Of a DNA stretch of 64,000 bases, positions 58,647-64,000 are shown piece by piece. Position 1 is the stretch's first letter. Each line of letters starts with the position of its first letter. The notes under the pieces were generated by a model. The model did not search any database, was not told the DNA's origin, and was given only the letters and a program-made list of their open reading frames with translations. Both the position numbers and the translations under genes were made by a program. Origin of the DNA: Octopus vulgaris (taxonomy: Eukaryota); the NCBI GenBank assembly GCA_951406725.2, contig OX597820.1:2046001-2110000 (forward strand), read 5' to 3'.

Positions 58647-60100
58647 CAGATAGATAGGTGTATATATGTACAATTTTATGTATATCTTTTTAATTCTCTA
58701 TTTTAATGATTTAGAATTTTGGAAACTAGAGAGCCAGAATCATAAACAAAAAAATTTTACATTATAAGAAAATGTTGAAATCTCCAACAACTGCAAAAAA
58801 AGACAAAAAATATTTCGGTCGGATCGATAATGTTGGTTGAAGAAAGATGTATATTGTTACATATAACAGCTCTGTGACATTCACAGCACATTTACAAGAG
58901 TTAGTAAATAAAAGAGAAATACTTCGAATACTCGCGAGTACCACATTTGTCCAACAGATAGAAAAAAAGACTGGCGTAAAAATGATACAATCGATCCATC
59001 ATGGAATTTGCTCGGCCAAGTGTGACTTCAATCTCTCTAGAACAAATTAGAAAGATTACAAACCCACTCAAACCCCTCTCCACATACACACACTCACTCA
59101 CCTGCATATTCATACACAATGAGAGCAAGGAAATCCGAGGTAAGAAGACGGCTTCAGTGTAGTTGTTCGGCCAAGAAGAAATTACAGACAATTATTTCTC
59201 AAATACCACCTTACCGTCCCAAAAAGGGGTTAAATATACAGCATAAACTAATCCAGGAATAACCGATATAACAGAAAGAATGGACAAGCCATCATGGCAA
59301 GAATGCTGGTTAAACTATAAATTTGTGATTCAGAAATGTTTCACACAGCTCGTGCAAAACGCCATCAAAAAAAGATAGGTAAAAATTTATGCAAAGCTGG
59401 CTCTAAAATACTTAAAAGTAGGTAAACAGCTTACAAAATATTTATACAAGCACTAAAACCCTAACAGATGGCACGACCATCAAATACTCCAGAAATTACA
59501 CGATATTACAGAAAAATAACAATGTCATCATCTACAAGAAGAAATAGCAACGATGCAGACAGCAAGTATTGTTATCTCCCTTCCTAGTGTTATATGTTAG
59601 CACAGAATACACTTGATACTAAACGCTTCAGGAAAAAAACAACAACTTATAAAACTTGACTAATGAATCTAAAAAATAGTCTGCATTAGAACGCTAACAG
59701 CATTAAAAACACCATTATAGAACTAAAAATTTAATGATCTCTTATGATATCCATAGCGCAATAATTCAGGTATTATGCTTACTAGTTGAGCAAAGACCTC
59801 CGAGAATTCAAAATTATATTAAAAGGGACAGTTGTAGAACGGAAGTGGTTTGATTTTCGTAAACACATATCGTTGCTATTAAACTGTCGTATGTCCAAAT
59901 GCGTTTTTTTTTCAATATTTATTTTTGCTTGCAATAGCCAGTTCTTTTGGTCAAACTACAATGTCTCCAGCTGTTTCAGATGCCAAGATATCAAAAATTG
60001 TTAAGGTGTAGTGTAACAGTTTTACTATGGAATGGTGAAACTAGTTTTTCGTTTTCTAAAAACAGCGTTTTGGACTTACGACACTTTTGCAGAATAACAA

Positions 60101-60204
<104 letters not shown>

Positions 60205-60380
60205 TGCGTTTAACTGACTCGATAGGATTTCAACTGAGTGTGTTGCGAGGCGAAAGGAATACTACCATGTATTCTATTCGATGCTCCGACGATTCTGCCT
60301 ATTTACTGCCTAAGATTCTTAGGCGACTGTTGTGCGTTCAATACCCAGATGTCACAAATATGCTGTTCGATACATTAAAC

Positions 60381-60666
60381 CAGTGGTTTCCAAACTTTTC
60401 AGGCGGCCGTCCCCTCAGAACTCAGACCACATTCCTTGCCCTCTTCCCCTTCACTCACCACCACAAACATAGACCAGTTTCTGAAACAGATTCAAAACAA
60501 TTGTATTTCACTAATAAAACTTAGCATAATTAACCCATTATTTTGTTGTTTTTACATCCATCGCCCCCGTTTGGCCGCCCTATTATCGCCACACTTTTCT
60601 TCAATGCTTCCTGGATTTTTCCACTGCTCCCAGGGGTGGGGAGTACCGCCGATTTGGGTACAACTG
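60381..60666. mobile_element. Old hAT-type MITE
   Basis: TIRs CAGTGGTTTCCAAA / TTTGGGTACAACTG; degenerate 8-bp flanks (5/8 match). Confidence 0.5.
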
Positions 60667-61364
60667 TACTAATCGAAAAGTTCTGTTTCTGCTGTCGTGT
60701 CCACTCACCACGTTCCTTAGCTTTGGCATTTCCTAATTAACATCCCTGGGTTGCAGCATTGGGATGTTCATTTTCCTCACCGAAAAGCAGCATCTCCTTC
60801 GGCCGGTGCATTTGACAAGCCTCATGCTTAGATCTATGAGTTGGAAATGTTTGCTGTTTTCAGATCAACCAGAAGCAGATCGATTCTCTAAATGTCTCCA
60901 CAGCATAACATAGCTATCGTCGTTGCTAGTGATGTAGCATGAAATAAATCTATCAATTGTTTAGCCAATGCGATGTGGGCAGAAAAAAGAATTAGCCAAA
61001 CCAGTTTCACTCCTTCACATTGGAATCTCACCATTTATTATCCTGAACTGCAGGTCATACTGGAGCACCGCCTTAATTAATTCTATACCAGTTTTGTTGT
61101 CGCATTATGGCTGGGAGTTGGTCGATGACTGAGTTTGTAACAGCTGAGTGAATCCTTCCATGATCGTCACGTCCGGTAAAGTCGTTAGTTTATCCAATGT
61201 TTTTTTTTTAATGCTTCAGTAGAGTTTTCTTTTAAATGTCTTATTTCTTTAGCTAAGCACTGTTTAAAACAGGTGAGGACCTCCAGATATCAGACTGGTA
61301 CAAGAGGCTGTGGTTGCTCGTCCTAATACTTCGTCTACTTTTTCGTTATTACGTCCTATCAACA

Positions 61365-61992
61365 AGGCGGCGAGCTGGCAGAAACGTTAGCACGCCGGGC
61401 GAAATGCGTAGCCGTATTTCGTTTGCTGTTACGTTCTGAGTTCAAATTCCACCAAGGTCGACTTTGCCTGTCATCCTTTCGGAGTCGATTAAATAAGTAC
61501 CAGTTACGCACTGAGGTCGATATAATCGACTTAATCCGTTTGTCTGTCCTTGTTTGTCCTCTCTGTGTTTAGGTCTTGTGGGTAGTAAAGAAATTGGTAT
61601 TCCGTCTGCCGCTACGTTCTGAGTTCAAATTCCGCCGAGGTCGACTTTGCTTTTCATCCTTTCGGGGTCGATAAATTACGTACCAGTTGCGTACTGGGGT
61701 CGATCTAATTGACTGATCCCCTCCCCACAAAATTTCAGGCCTTGTGCCTAGAGTAGAAAAGAATATTTGCAGTTGTAAAGCAGTGAGCTGGCAGAAACGT
61801 TAGCACGCCGGGTGAAATGCTGAGCGGTATTTCGTCTGTCTTTACGTTCTGAGTTCAAATTCCGCCGAGGTCGACTTTGCCTTTCATTCTTTCGAGGCTG
61901 ATACATTAAGTACCAGTTGTGTACTGAGGTTGATCTAATCGACTGGCCCCCTCCCCACAGAATTTCAGGCCTTGTGCCTAGAGTAGGAAAGA
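61365..61992 (+). mobile_element. Three head-to-tail SINE-B units with two different tails
   Basis: Full unit with long tail (61365-61595), headless unit with short tail (61596-61763), full unit with short tail (about 61779-61992). Confidence 0.85.
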
Positions 61993-62433
61993 TTATGTCC
62001 TATCAACCTACGCTCACTTATTTCCCAGTGTTATGCAATAATCTTTCTCTGTTATTAACTTCTTTGCGTTGAATTAATGTTTATAATTATTAACATACTT
62101 ATTAATTTAGCCGGCGTTATTGCTAATTTATTTGTAAAATTGTTTCTTTGATATAATTTTAAAATTATTGTTGTTGTTCTCATTTATTTGTCCATTTATA
62201 AATATTTATAAATACAGAGTGATTATACCTAATTTGATTTTTTTAATTATTTCCGTAATTTTCTCTGCAATAAGATGATATTTTTTTATTTATCATCTTA
62301 AAAACTCAGAGCTTTCCAATAATTTTCTCATAACAATAATAGAATCAGCGCTTATCCAATTTGTGTACCTACCTACCTACATACATACATACATACATAC
62401 ATACATACATACATACATACATACATACATACA

Positions 62434-62496
<63 letters not shown>

Positions 62497-62906
62497 CGAG
62501 GCACACCGCCAGTTATGACGACGAGGGTTCCAGTTGATCCGATCAACGGAACAGCCTGCTCGGGAAATTAATGTGCAAGTGGCTGAGCACTCCACAGACA
62601 CCTGTGTACCCTTAACGTAGTTCTCAAGGAGATTCAGCGTGACACAGAGTGTGACAAGACTGGCCCTTTGAAATACAGGTACAACAGGAAAAGGAAGAAA
62701 GAGTGAAAGTTGTGCTGAAAGAGTACAGCAGGGCTCTCCACCCCCACCCCCACCCCTGCCGGTGTCACGTGGAGCTTTTAGGTGTTTTCGCTCAATAAAC
62801 ACTCACAACGCCCGGTCTGGGAATCGAAACTACGATCCTATGACCGTGAGTCCGCTGCCCTAACCACTGGACCATTACTCTTCCCATGTACGTACATGCA
62901 TACCTA

Positions 62907-62949
<43 letters not shown>

Positions 62950-63005
62950 ATTTGCATATGTATAATTATGTTTGGTACGACATCTTTCTTTCTCTTCTTT
63001 CTCTT

Positions 63006-63049
<44 letters not shown>

Positions 63050-64000
63050 CCTTACCTCTCTGTTGCTTTTTCTGCCTACCTCTTATGCATAAACACATAC
63101 ACACGTGTGTATCAATTAAGCATTAATGATAATTATAACTGTCTTCATTTAATGGTTTGTTTATTTCTTCATTAACCTCTAACTCAGATTAAGCCCCTCA
63201 TTTAATAGTCAGCTTTAAATGCAAAAGGCTTCTTCTTCTTCTTCTTCCCGATTTAATCTTTCCATATAAACTAATTACTGTTTATTTATCGTTGCTTCCG
63301 TTCGTTTCAGAATTATTCGTAAATACTTTTCATCTGTTTACATTCAAACTCCTTTCTGCCTCTGCTTCTGCATTTGAATATTGGCTTCTAATTTTGGCAC
63401 AAGGCCAGCAATTTTGAGGGAGAGATTAAATCGATTACATCGACCCCAGAGCTCAATTGGTATTCATTTTATATACCTCAAAAGGATGAAAGGCAAAGTG
63501 GTCCTTGGTGGAATTTGAACTCAGAACGTAAAGACAGATGAAATACCGCCAAGCATTTTGCCCGGTACGCTAACGATTCTGCCAGCTCGCCGCCTTTAGA
63601 TGCCCCAAATATTGAGCTCCTCCTTTAGGACAATTGCCATAAAGGCTGAGACAAGTACGAAGTTTCTTACCTTTTATTTTTTATTTCCGTTTATTTCTTT
63701 TTGGCATTTTGTTCTCATTTGTATCGCTTTGTATTTCTGTGTTGTTCTTTGTCAATGGAATGCTAAAAATGGCAAACGGGAATAACACAATAAGAAACTA
63801 AAGATTATCTAGCAGTGCCTTCTACCCTACTCACCCGATGACGTGATGGTACACAACCATTGTTGAATCATATTCGTGTAGGCTATAATATGTGCAATAT
63901 GTGAAGTATTCAGCAATGGCCAGATGATTCTGATGTGCCGAAACAATTGTAGTGGTTTGGGAGGCATAAGGCCTGTTCATTTCATTTTCTCGTATTCAAA

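Overview
AT-rich, microsatellite-dense eukaryotic DNA. The SINE families and repeat landscape resemble an octopus (cephalopod) genome; that is an inference, not verified. The only host-gene piece I can support is a minus-strand first coding exon at the left edge (28-91, MAERNITYFLLFLAMVWSVQG, signal-peptide-like, phase-1 GTAAGT donor), so the rest of the window is upstream or intronic DNA. It holds a Tx1/L1-type LINE fragment inside (GATA)n, an R4/Dong-type LINE inside (TAA)n, three different Penelope-like elements (PLEs), RTE and Tc1/mariner relics, hAT and mariner MITEs, two non-autonomous Helitrons and at least four tRNA-derived SINE families, one in a 184-bp tandem array. The most notable pattern is about 15 minimal hammerhead-ribozyme (HHR) motifs from unrelated PLE-type termini. 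Many sit in foldback structures that all point the same way (3' tails outward). Several share non-canonical core variants (U3-A8, U4C, U16.1C), and one is fused behind a tRNA-type Pol III head. Most ORF-track entries are microsatellite artefacts. Coordinates were read by eye, so boundaries are approximate.
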